From: a virus
Taxonomy: Duplodnaviria > Caudoviricetes
DNA: 64,000 bases
Direction: 5' to 3' (one strand)
Virus record (IMG/VR): IMGVR_UViG_3300032301_000632
Coordinates: 1-64,000 of that record
The translations under genes and the position numbers were made by a program. Position 1 is the first letter of the stretch. Each line of letters begins with the position of its first letter. The notes beneath the pieces are model-generated. The model was not told the DNA's origin, did no database searches, and saw only the letters and a program-made list of their open reading frames with translations. Below are positions 50,301-52,634 of the stretch, one piece after another.

Positions 50301-51929
50301 CATATCAGATGTGTTACGATTAGTTTTATCTACTAATACTGTAACCTTAGCTCCTCTTTGTCTAGCCTCTGCTAGTGATACTAAAATTCTAGGGTCAACT
50401 GAACCAAAGGGTAAATATATTTTGACATCATCCTTTTCAGTTGCATTAAGTAATAATTCATTTACTAAAGCTTCGCTATCAATTTTATTTAAAGCTGACC
50501 CCTCACTTTCAACTACTTTATTTTCTTTAATCTGTGTAGAAAATCGTTCTAAGTCTGATACTAACCTAGGGTTTGTAACTGTATACCCATAATCTAAAGC
50601 TATTGTATCTCTAGGTTCTTGAAATGGTATATCCCAACCAGACTTAGCATGGTCTTCAACAGCTTTAGCATTTAATCTTTTAACTTGTTTAATTCTTTCT
50701 GCTTTAGTTTTAGCTACATTAGCTCTATCAATATCTCCAATATTCCCTGTTGTTATAAAAAAACTTTTCTCTCCATCTATAACACGGCCATATAACTTAA
50801 CGTGGTTAATATAAGAAATTTCAGGGTCAGAGTAAGTAGTAGTGTGTATACCTAATCTATTAGCATTTTCTAATACTGATACTGCTCTAGTTAACTGGCT
50901 AACATAACTATCTTTACCATGCATATCCCCAACATCAATATTAGCTGTTTTTATTTTTCCTATATTTCTAGTAACAGGAGTATTTATTTCTAGCGGGTCA
51001 GTATTGTATGAAATTATGCTAACAGTTTTATCCTCTGCTTCTTGAATAAATTTTTCTAAACTAGTCCCTAAATTATCAGGATTAACTAGTTCTAATCTAG
51101 TTTCTGAAAATCTATTCTTTGTGTTATCAACAATATTCGTAATAGGGCTAACTATACCTTTAATAGTTTCCCCTATTGTACGCATAGAGGCTTCTTCTAT
51201 TGCACGAGAAAATTGTTTGTAGCTAGTTTGAGGAGTTGTCTCATATTTTGTAAATGGTTTAAAAGTTCTAACTTTAAAAGGCTGTATACTAGCTAACTGT
51301 TTATTATACTCTTCAGCACCCTTTTCATCTTTATTTTTTTCTGCAATGTCTAACTGTATCTGTATACGTCTTAATGTACTGTCTAACTGTCTGTTGGTGT
51401 TATTAATACCAAATTCTTGGTCTACTGCAGTAACTGCAAAAGATTGTGTGTTATGTTCTAATAACTTATGCTGTACTCTTCTTTTATTCTCAGCTAAGAT
51501 TTTTCCAGAATCTAGTCTATTTAGACTATTGTCTGGGATATACGCTTCAACTTCTTCTACTGTACTAGGTGCAAAAGTTGATACAGCAACCTTTAATGGC
51601 TTTTGTTGTACTTGATTTTTATCTGAAGTATTTCTAGACTTTTGCTTGTTTAGACTATCATTTATATCCCCAACATCAGCATCAGCTTTTTCTTCTTCAA
51701 CCGTACTATGTGCAGAATTCGATATATTAAATTTTAAAGGACTTTGATGTACAGGTATTTTAGACGAAATCTTTTTGGGGTCTATATCCTCAATATTAAA
51801 TACATCTGAAGAACTCTCTTCAGATTTATTATTTGCATAATATTGTAGATACTCTTGAAGCAAAAACTCATGTTGTTCATGCTCCTGGTCATTCTCCCAA
51901 GTAAATAAGCTGTCTAAATTTTCTGCCAT
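23337..51929 (-). CDS. Giant 9,530-aa multidomain virion protein (tape-measure-like or ejected polyvalent protein)
   Basis: Uninterrupted 28.6 kb ORF in the structural arm; Ala/Gly-rich hydrophobic helices; PLD x2, zincin x2, internal repeats, C-terminal amidase. Confidence 0.9.
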   Translation of the reverse strand: MAENLDSLFTWENDQEHEQHEFLLQEYLQYYANNKSEESSSDVFNIEDIDPKKISSKIPVHQSPLKFNISNSAHSTVEEEKADADVGDINDSLNKQKSRNTSDKNQVQQKPLKVAVSTFAPSTVEEVEAYIPDNSLNRLDSGKILAENKRRVQHKLLEHNTQSFAVTAVDQEFGINNTNRQLDSTLRRIQIQLDIAEKNKDEKGAEEYNKQLASIQPFKVRTFKPFTKYETTPQTSYKQFSRAIEEASMRTIGETIKGIVSPITNIVDNTKNRFSETRLELVNPDNLGTSLEKFIQEAEDKTVSIISYNTDPLEINTPVTRNIGKIKTANIDVGDMHGKDSYVSQLTRAVSVLENANRLGIHTTTYSDPEISYINHVKLYGRVIDGEKSFFITTGNIGDIDRANVAKTKAERIKQVKRLNAKAVEDHAKSGWDIPFQEPRDTIALDYGYTVTNPRLVSDLERFSTQIKENKVVESEGSALNKIDSEALVNELLLNATEKDDVKIYLPFGSVDPRILVSLAEARQRGAKVTVLVDKTNRNTSDMDRLQASGVKVVSQDEDDPTFLHAKGFSITGSKSIALVGANNFTRESFTNRVQELMLRLDGAEADQVVAQTDSLISDYGFNEVKNKNKNARKVSHTEMIMNRKGTLELYRVPIRDSVDPSIQTDTMGYYPLSMPDEFFQQYAYNEQTPLVSTFSNLYLARTDKAKTPEAIKKLDREISKPNLGQRINRLFNAEVYHDDYNVIGSALKTTGRIIDTVFGHYEYKEFKAEQSRGGIGSIKKLFNIVENEPKKIDEGFFESLLSTVYDSTSSISLAIGTYIGISLPFQHFKGKLETEALSKLLEHNNGRSGYSRIIDSTRNFVFGSTYGRLINVATKYADTPGAVAANISNFTAMMNKTPDEIKFLSKANNYSEAIINDLLGLRQSFEVTGAKDKVVAAGSSGKIELGDELSLFSIQKHIRTFDESRFDTVLKPLLESINPYTNDKYLSSVYKASIDEISLTVKEMPYLQFKNSAGGLSLNKVQFGAVGYQRVASIAKTLDRVGLLLPLNMAYWMPGFKEALKLPDFDPRKNIVWGDVFSLEESVNWVSDTVNSIYSTFVPKWKSSAKSRVGQFIDTVKSIPSQIKDSLKQVRKTWQADADYQRAYNTLKAKVGESNWGAFADKMSFPPYAQTEAGYISALDNESRRIIDADKSLKSIVDSTEFAEFIRANDNLQNTFRDYASSRGYSTHTEKVSPFDKNTKASNAILKAPHLIKNPNSDIYKQIARTKTIAKGVGLALMVDAALGWTTLQSGVDIFTQLRARMEMDDTSGDPIAKFKFQGEPGTVLALGTGLVAGVSAGVLFPRIEDIGTLEKPRVSLDPLDVHKIRYEFLENKVSSVDAFEADSRVLTNLKEYNKNLSRYTQPVHQKLKFNTNLAIGVGLLGVLAAKQGAKMFASMLNKFYGNDPREDIEYEETGALLSSILERNVSENLPYARTKGDIAHLTMAKLMAENSLRTQKIGDRIYNVATQATLPFFQIAALARVEHTENTNTRKITFGIAFQLSPVLGLGMSPTLPFSVRLTDRKPTHEEKTEQNKYIADQLSARDTFQVLANVSSSLFTGGSSLAYEQDSSFESGLNDIGMVALLGFATKPLLKLDIAKKIISRESSGIARVVNSIPFKATKYILKDTVANLMTVPAHYAYGSAKALRATFGNKAIALPVAAALYSAISSSIDLIPSDTDNDVYNKAVDVAKLGLKVSSAVGLAYAGYAAKDLKPQQLTKITRATRKAAPYYLALAFGRMISEPGSGYNDHELTTGVEQFQATLGIGLGLGYALDSSGAFASKYELQQILYNEQRHIARDIPAVDKVKFTRRAFAYDLVKDNGLKTLDTTVAEKNIQQLISEDVYRIKEGATPVKRTINPLYTNMAKEIAAPKIVEDAIISHPTIRRPANLEFVSMRGRVKAAATAYVLTTVVASAITNLLPENVSRAFESLPIIGPTLKVLGGGENTIERQWGLEPREKHGRAKKFFGNIFKKLTFNILDMNAYSDRSDPFFADPLGPFGTSFKPDHTARYAQLASEFSDLSTSSYFMARERHDFSEHAKIASDHRYDPRLELWIRSRTARATPMVVDTSISASEASQASSLVSRELSLRQNRMSWMTWQRSDELYRDITMSLILSGDLRDSTIPGEKFKRSYNPLQSIGKAKWMVPISNPSEAKIKIELASGQHQISGAGASDLETFLNESAFNARAIKEIITGHELITTLGDRSGFSWLSPLLTAAIYGTYALAGITTLSAINNLAKEKSELELIEQATLNQTKYALNKKNYSFSTTMVDGDERIVLLNKKRPGNTGSILGSFADLQQASPEGTSTNNLLANLKHRHGGLIDTTNYIINKETVKNIDIFVKQSVDPSIGRPQALENLVNSSARARESLKKALMRPAVKGSQISLFEVLYSRPAESIEGFLDDLFDGEGGFAKLLASEVDEFDTNFVSESIQKRNARLQNIIGKTKAVSKLVQYVEDPIAGTGYDLSRSNSTLYTRRANTFQRAQQTVNVSEPRVTSSSNKQWSTGFINSTLDAGMGLAEASRVWMSSIVPSYEVLEGAALMVDKNQDPYMRRAGGVAAMRSIISLGLSVGSSTLIAMAGLSGPIALVLGFGLVAGAQILRYSKNPNAYQEEEVALGKLTDFMIDPSGSLSKSLEGNILQKPVSLLAKIVTTPIGETLNLLAKPINYISSQYIGPVIAEMWDGMQNEWFGKSMVASMFLPMFTAYSAELYKKKDDARYILDNIKMAMAAPNLQGVVDPLLLGQVSGDREQALYERYFSSNSVGGRISDSFGPSNYRISNLLANELKRRQGLYNQAVVGSAVNRLKPVKPNYWGSAVVAVGALAASKAFAHFSSLESRTRFGDNFEIGLSETDKKLATKWFGYKPAAKRELSSLFDLYDKAHNKLNPDNPLNNPNRPTVGLSRKSTAYLIDEQQIELSHKATKSLANRNRGMVVAGSSKELSESVYNSSAFKVFHEYSHHLTVTSQDTLMTKGIQKKLLSTLSTGIGKADRIKFVKYIERISLESTLKHIKELKDAGETITQEYVKTVYRTELDANTKASQAFHETFSHNRFANFDDGAEQYIELTNEYNEKLKAAPSINKQTRAAIAKLETGRAEFKTSKVNLGSSKLSPNYGMGKGFGTSSADDVDDLLRTTIKADTPDAGYRWAQSDTMPVSRITSRYQSSYHGKFGGRELTNIQSRRLVLQRSINNLALDRTMSRINSSTTQLTQAEIRLISLEETLAVHQEVGQAIKTGDTDYIDNLVKNNRSNVADNASKLRREMSQRLKTAKAIENQALHGRLHTGTEAPTEEAPKVTSSEPTLKSWAREEVDMASHRVYKSMSPRAQLVLDDIKDMGKQLKSMPRRFMEAFNDVDEFIPTTKVRPSMTHTVGDIINNFENIPAYAKAVAKDKMFSLRNVVLPKAKHVASRIGRGFQEIFGQLEILTMGLDVYRGASTHQTFHNLSKAYATYYANPEDVEQTFKKARAHELIEASSTFISFAASMLSGAGATRAIVGMTFGLGLAILSPDVFGLAGHMAKKDQEKLSQGEYVDPLVLTSSAYLRTYGNYTRASSISTEVTKKLLQPLRITLKKGLRKVLSSKAFAFTHTNFTKASLGVLGVTSLMVMYDNYKLKREWDNLSAELQSRYGSFEEYKIRNQNNLVRLANKSAIISTVADGAYRTYSAASYNFGLPSIRTLVSRGYTAVKGKVIEAATKVGNVFNDVKIFADDVISLIRPHVRPFIEPVKNKVIEVFNYITTREVYIKAKAIADEVVTATVAGAKAFIKEPIATVKSSMSKLPEAITSVYNAAKSKITELLALAPNSNSPLAWVVQQLQALKSMVGSGINYLKQNLEVAKRVLGETADKAVRQTGRIIGLVTSNTSKLLEKVGIKTGVIANQIGRLKASIKTASKKLFSETLEKISTQISNGPLPKVLDKFGKVVIKQGWKNVAINFISPILDIMQFQGSVKDAKQLNEHSSLAEFEAAYSRAGAARGSLGGYLMGLIGMGNLGGFVSSIFGATVRAESAKKKAKKRKEYLEKHGGRMTTMMIIQDFYIPLVIDVGLGIGAGLAIKHFGTKALSYLGEKISPHIPESMKPRLQGLRKAWEKGKAKGIQKEAEMLAARQERLQMKTQKVTIDTLMDSYDKQMNVPKGAQKPKIVMGEVGVSTHYNVQTKTIVMSKEDYLALSLENTPEAKQAKFAFYHEYSHHYQVSGDLERLPITDITENRELLMKQAQASTVSYAENISKINGAAPSVEELALVYQEELSANIRAQQMGGAAIDSDFINQQASKYDDLVKQSTAATAHGVNIRNVLYTSNTDSIFSIIKNKDELLHNIKLRTSFYGKVSTDFSREVSSAVKSIAKGVRDLPKNVSSIVDVYRNTADLPAPVYKKFVWNLPKDVVDSFAGYKSVTEIPTRKGFLFKINYYNPFSNLAPGTNNWFTDPYGVTINTGISDYTTESRVGKMPYDYKTPTGVTPDFVNIDYGINKEGAANTVKYGVFTISSNKSNVEFLDTLDEVLVIRSEPNPMMFNNGVTEIDKKKSATGILENFYEMQVRLKHTLQNYKGDITLVDFHTQVKERFVVHTLLNSVTASPTVAVDSVRSANELKLVRSFESADKHNIAIMLGLFDPNEQILSEKVLGNEKATVKKLRFYTHDGFNIDSKTAAKQPDLVEYTQDSVTGKTYNKSGAVVSDYDLIRIRNGAAEWNNNYKLDDETFLGITKSEIKKVNKLSKLNTRTIGKDVYSREYVLRNSLNSSDRKLITAAYTSKLAPIDTFVDPNFKIDQTTKKSLPHLVLDFRSKYDEFIASGDIKTARGIKSRYGEIVRANKEMSQLLHISDNIDDLDVSAIKKTLNTITDTKHNFGIHGPASGIDSHTPFDISFYLEKPQQVITRQRYLLGKNSRIQDSLVQRKIKELRYKSVEKAQIKLAKLETLKNAVQEHDLDASAKLSRELGFTQKQVTLDSVDQEISKTSKFIDNKITGINKRLSFLNKGIDVKLDKTRFDYYRKMISNNMFMADVEFSREYNKILSTLKPGQTIDDVQDVVNTLVRSTQSKKDLLVAQQKLVYKLYSQGLTLNLNQVVKTLRVESLGEVFEAVGKHALPVAKEVARFAFHKVLHKLDVAVGHPVRNVLHKAATAVNTVTGYDFAKLPVHLDTTFSIFDVGLAIYSTAALNTEIKKYITHYDSGTFDSEEYLRTMTAARATELGSFAGTTLGSTITFLTGNLPLSLVGGISATFAGTKTDLWGLLPTEIGTYYFGLANKIAQKDLKRIQDGYAPTNLQPPVSYYLKMHRDYKVAAKVSQDIVGASGRVIGQGAAYVFGKIVKHILSPIAQKIKQHSRAIRYGAGTLTAALAVDSLIKLKDAETTKEKVMYTTEALGATYVTSLLYAPLKTIDLTMTAATVVAQAAELAAGYAIYAGERIAQLGPKVIKTVEKGIVNPTLNFISKHKRATAIGLTSMALLGAYYVINNLPNVIDMLPVSEESKKYLREKMPVLSGLVKTTANAAVTLMALNVPIIKRMITKNHPTFGSRVTKFNRRAIGGFLRYAIAPNIIENITQSKLSEDQQSFVSSAYLGLNLGFDSSNIAHNLRSWKGDARLRAVSLEIFTTELNTAKRNLSANTRFYLPGEKDIEVGNYKAARNRYNTAVAKYDAQNTPAQLKKARDGIQRANLIFNLAMPFLLLATKLLNRDEEDRKITKEDIYAASGIAAGQAVGMVAQRAGLIFTKANIVSFLKSKLVRELKGATMAAARSGVFAAYLAAKMYYPDKTNATTDFLASTYIGAVVAHDTTNLSNALLSHSYKAHTKNFKTFGIKPAIGVHGVSMTLKYSLLPIMYLTNRLVNEGKITKEDLANSGGYLLGATAYDLSKNHKAIISQSKTIVRKSVEFGRRYSKNILLATAAIGYVAGLGYYTHKKLNNEELESKEAFLLGAYIGANFALITYPRHKVAKPGIQYGTLPVIEINRVKPKTEIVHVSKSPSRTVNVVNNEIFYSPGSKPQLQLSASTAVRIETPMPSYKSGEIVLSTQAKSVASTVDIEPRPQLLLTGAEPRKLLPSAKPQLLLAAGNDLAKGTEVSSVKVKPVIEVDPVHRNILGNKVSEGLVDTTKVSKVEGMNAPRIKGGAIIKHSAYDPNYVFMKAELIPDEPVIRMRAELMEEPGGAIVLYNQQRVTKARPKILSSIGGFLKRNIRHLIMPVSFLAAQQLAKGEITKEDYNFAGGMLAGSILHDVVRNPLATSKSLGKFSKSVGKLSKSLANWSIEKAVQHRQSIFMAARYGAAGLYAAHKKGDLNKTESLLTGAYIGANVAHDSYSMFAKTAGEDKVFTKIARVGGLPVLYLVGKGIMTGEINKQDLLLASGYVGGALLYDVARDPKAAVGWVKKHVNLSSRALRYGAAAAYSLFNKDQDSRESFLYGAYLGANIAYDTDFTRQRYNNIEETFTPTATPTATRTSKVYSYVGGEQASDVHVVKKYDSTKQNRRGRLNKRRPPVAQTPFAVVNPNGVTIVSQTKPGAIVKYDPNPTFQPNARPGAIVKYDPNVKFRHIAYPVNKDAGSAIIPLKSRRRSVSPTSLDSLDTEMSSRYRVSSTKPTTVNISSPSSTTGGAIQKFQPQVKRQYKTVQMNAELILDDVDIPKTRQVQLVTESEVASTPKRFNLKVGQLARHLLSPALILLSQQLIKGEITKEDYALAGGMLAGSLGYEFYKHPKAALKATMSVLKVAGDLTAKGLKAGFTWSIQHKTSLAMAARYGAVGLYAAHKKGDLNKTESLVAGAYVGANVAHDSYSMFAKAASENKVFMKVARLGALPVLYLAGKGIMTGEISREDAALAGGYVGGALLYDTVRDHKATVGWIKKHVNLSSRLLRYGAAAAYSLFDEDKDTKESFLYGAYLGANIAYDTDFTRRVRPTRATSSRTPRPKIATFQPFTYSSDNSRVASKPSSVYSYVGGSQASDVHVVKEYDPNKPVTANRRGRLNKRRPTSPFAVVSPDGVTIVSNTKPGAIVKYNPNPTFDSTVRPGAIVPYEKGGAIVPTRSRLKSIEPTHVNKLTYNLTEDISTPRVRPTNVSGGSIVLYKSPQEPGGAIIPLKSRRRSVSPTPLDILDKNMAKEFATSTEQVSDVPGGAIQKYQPQVKEHRQFKNKLTRSTESVYKSEVRYQNKKITKSVGNLKYNSKYINPDLIPDELSATKINFNKLIGQTTRHLLFPAIFLLNQEISKGEITKEDYSFAGGYLAGSLGYEAVRDPKAAIKNVSNVLKVTGDIAGKGLKLAAEWSNRNKQVLFGAARYGAAGLYTAYKKGDLNKTESLLMGAYLGANVAHDSYSMFAKTVGEDRVFNKIARVGGLPLLYLAGKGVATGEINKEDLALAGGYVGGALLYDTIRDPKAAQQWLKNNNPTISKVLRYGVAGAYYTSQDDFNAPESFLFGAYLGANFAHDTYNLKVPSIASTLAFQPFTYSSDNSKLSNRPTGTRRANVYSRVGGEQASDYHVVNKYDPTKQNRRGRLNKRRPTVTQPPFAVVSPDGVTIVSNTKPGAIVKYNPNPTFDPNARPGAIVKYQEELGGAIIPTRSRRVVTGRTPTSILDDAMSQTIDVTSRPVLNLPTPHEPGGAIVPYDKGGAIVPYKAKQGGAIVKYTPNKRPVIRGRLGVSSAASTGYFDSTGGYHPFTDEPGGAIVPYKHQRSYKPRVKPISSRFLGYIRPDGSVEEVGGAIVPYNRARRYKKQPKSTGTRFLGTIDTEGNLIPPTKTPGVKIPAPKPPIQTASKVVASEESVPVVNISKGVLKLGRHLLLPSTVLLNQQISKGEITKEDYAFAVGMFVGSMSYDIIRNPMPTVNALNETLNITSKTVKSMYTNRKSLFVASRYAPIFAYTMYKKGELNKVESAVMGAYIGANLSHDSFKLVSTKYSLFRYALFPAAFLAAQKLRNGEISQEDYTLAGSSAVSAVAYDLIRNKKLALPILKQYGSVGLRVGAAGLAKYGGDYINQDTGSFLAGATYGGMLSYDINRSLAIGQISSFRERIQSLNGYKLTSREVKLTKIDVKLATTKAWRSKLFQKYGLGLAVGVMGLIAGISTDDERAQRDAIMGTAGYMLGASAVDYLKSPNKFTKLQSTTAFRFVRYSILGAYAINSFTDGDRDKHDLIAGGLIAANLFFDNKKAIGKGIQAGERLILRKLTQVALSGNRSAARMVTKFGVRGVKESLLDGMGPIVDIGSIAYYSVDYFKMQKDGMSKLETSFAFTNLLTTTNYFIGGLFGYRAFGPFLDIFTAGGLSALSKPSDSWIDERQRLNDNDEVAYLQYGIKRTIQKSAIANAAGDFLRTKVIDKLATKAVKWSTKYLTEHAGQTSKGGKILLAKAFRFISHSRNEGFLSLVNAVPGGTNMLDRFRYLKSIGFDAIADDIGDKVLASVAKNPELLNVHALEESITSLNKQAEGLSEALVGHQKQLATLTSELDEVEEAIRGIKRTSMATKLKQAGKPGKGRLASSPKAVKPSTKPKTSVSKLSQDLGSNTPKPKKGSKLPKPEINFSGKSKISTAIDYMPHGKTPIVSAATKTAGEKLAIQLVGETNTKSPLEYTSPKTNTLVTTLDETIDAAPKADFKIKWEYSPDDGIYHSTWATSLDETLDLSYEKGGAIIPYDPSIQTSRIPNVADDIVELSEMTHIDLNLEKGGAIVLYDPNIAAGKMPSIGGELVESSTSSAKGFGSVNPNEAGDLKLLLARRRALKGQIVTVETQIDTSNKTMLFISKQLDRLPKAIVGRGSLIGRVSEKAIHALKPVGNIVNKLATPASVAISTVIMMSGHERLNKVEDEYNGSKDMYESGMRRSFAGTWGLGAEMIGLINPVLGLGLGLVADYAGDQVGKVYAKRAYENKVSAKKVSTYQTLGIVIGALLAGIVGLTIGLAVLPLIALIGAGIILGHLLTTELAMHTEKNTDTYQHRVDKSREREKAQRIKTASGLSGEESFELYRQGKSISDIAKTSKQVSITQIVRQKEIEEQFITLTAELKDVQERHDKASKIFTTADLSKLTLPKTGKIKLTTIELHKADKLIKKSNKNKDKNNEEQEDTKDKKDYGVEHLVFNQVAPIEFNPEVKNLKLKKEGSLMKYVQAGIKAFSETVKRTWVVAKEALSHTWSNIKNTAMMMFSHGANQAGSEPGGGGSAGILERASTTEVGVNLSGGFEGSKYTKQVADWASAQQTNYTKRIIFAAGHQADYGTGTSGKSGHGITTKDGLNRSVESYATSVAADVYAQVGKERGWDTSVYRQKAGQNISTGHEYLAQQEAQGAYAVELHLDWYGGSSGVIPGSRYNSDGSSIHPYDVAAAEKFGAFSQQHKTASGDTLSTVRSGVSILETSAMDANLEALIRQAAATGDNSKLEEFYRKQAEVYYDQLEALNAAKEESKKPLPTDISGSERAKATVTTAAKVDAAEQYEETNLAIDELSQLATYAQSVKAQEAPGKAVKLDLDTDTDLSNVDQHYTPRPAPKPTVVPTKKGQKTTVHVAEPDAYEKDNYFNVTGFSYFEDESLFDAHAY
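23850..24335 (-). other. N-acetylmuramoyl-L-alanine amidase (Amidase_3) domain of the giant protein, aa ~9200-9360
   Basis: RIIFAAGH, RSVESYA, AVELHLD and SILETSAMD give His/Glu/His Zn ligands and the catalytic Glu in canonical order. Confidence 0.75.
27440..34860 (-). repeat. Internal repeat block of the giant gene: four close ~230-aa units plus degenerate flanking units
   Basis: KGEITKEDY..AGG, RYG.AGLY..HKKGDLNKTES, GAY.GAN.AHD recur; KKG(D/E)LNK anchors near 33010, 31600, 30000 and 28280. Confidence 0.92.
37260..38330 (-). other. Putative edema-factor/ExoY-like nucleotidyltransferase domain of the giant protein, aa ~4535-4890
   Basis: VIRSEPNP...NGV...KKKS, GAVVSDYDL and GIHG appear in the order of the class II cyclase motifs. 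Confidence 0.38.
39000..39420 (-). other. Zincin-like metallopeptidase domain 2 of the giant protein
   Basis: FYHEYSHH (HExxH at 39252-39266) with downstream EELSAN. Confidence 0.65.
42650..43110 (-). other. Zincin-like metallopeptidase domain 1 of the giant protein
   Basis: VFHEYSHH (HExxH at 42930-42944) with downstream TELDAN. Confidence 0.65.
50080..51060 (-). other. Tandem PLD-superfamily (HKD) domains of the giant protein, aa ~290-617
   Basis: NHVKLY...FITTGN (His at 50802-50804) and LHAKGF...LVGANNFT (His at 50235-50237), plus LAEARQRGAKVTVLVD typical of Nuc/PLD_2 domains. Confidence 0.8.
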
Positions 51930-51976
51930 TAGTACATAGATACTTAACTAACTAACACTAATACCAGCATAGCACG

Positions 51977-52621
51977 TTATGCTTTTCTCGGGTGGTAGAT
52001 TGCCGGGGTATTTATATCTGTTGGTGTTGCCTGATATAAAGCTGATATTTCACTATGGTCGTATACACTTTCATTAAGGTTGTTTAGTATATCAGTAAAA
52101 ATTCTATCCTGGAAAGTAACCATCTCACCGTTCCAATTCATTGTATACTTAGGGTTATTTATATATTTTTGTTTTAAGAATAAATTGTTTGCTACTAACT
52201 TTTCAGCAAAACTCCATCTAAATAAAGTAACCCCTCCATATAACTTACATTTTTCTTGACTTTTAAATAGTGTTTTAGGAACAGATGAGGCTAAATTATA
52301 CTCATCAGGATAAATAGATAGAGGTCTATTAAATACTGTATCTGGGTCAAATCTCATTAGCCAGTCAGTAGGTTTAAATAACTTTAAAGCTGAATCTAAA
52401 TAACGGTGTGTCCATAACCCACCAAATTCAGTTATTTTACATCTACTGTATACTAAAAGTTTTAAATTGTATCTCTTGGCGATCGCATGATAATCAATAG
52501 TGCAACCATCCACAATTAATAACGCTTGGTTATTTGGATAAGCTTTTCTAAAGTCAGCTAGGCACATGTCTAACTGACTATATTGTCTATACACATTAAC
52601 AACAAAAGAAATAGTATTCAT
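51977..52621 (-). CDS. GT-A-like glycosyltransferase (start likely 52621)
   Basis: ISFVVNVY, LLIVDG and WLMRFDPDTVF (DxD motif). Confidence 0.6.
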   Translation of the reverse strand: MNTISFVVNVYRQYSQLDMCLADFRKAYPNNQALLIVDGCTIDYHAIAKRYNLKLLVYSRCKITEFGGLWTHRYLDSALKLFKPTDWLMRFDPDTVFNRPLSIYPDEYNLASSVPKTLFKSQEKCKLYGGVTLFRWSFAEKLVANNLFLKQKYINNPKYTMNWNGEMVTFQDRIFTDILNNLNESVYDHSEISALYQATPTDINTPAIYHPRKA

Positions 52622-52634
52622 TAAACACAGAATT

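Larger units (their letters stand above)
16927..52486. repeat. HIP1 octamers GCGATCGC (at least 7 dispersed copies)
   Basis: Copies at 16927, 19344, 26989, 42544, 46840, 47424 and 52479. Confidence 0.9.

Noticed and set aside
28576..51615. Sixteen short + strand ORFs (60-145 aa) inside the giant gene
   Set aside because: They are antisense shadows of a continuous minus-strand ORF, with no motifs and atypical composition
23337..51929. Giant protein as a virion RNA polymerase (N4- or crAss-like)
   Set aside because: No DFDGD/DxDGD catalytic motif was found; the nearest strings (FTDGD, MVDGD, LFDGE) lack the first Asp or the context
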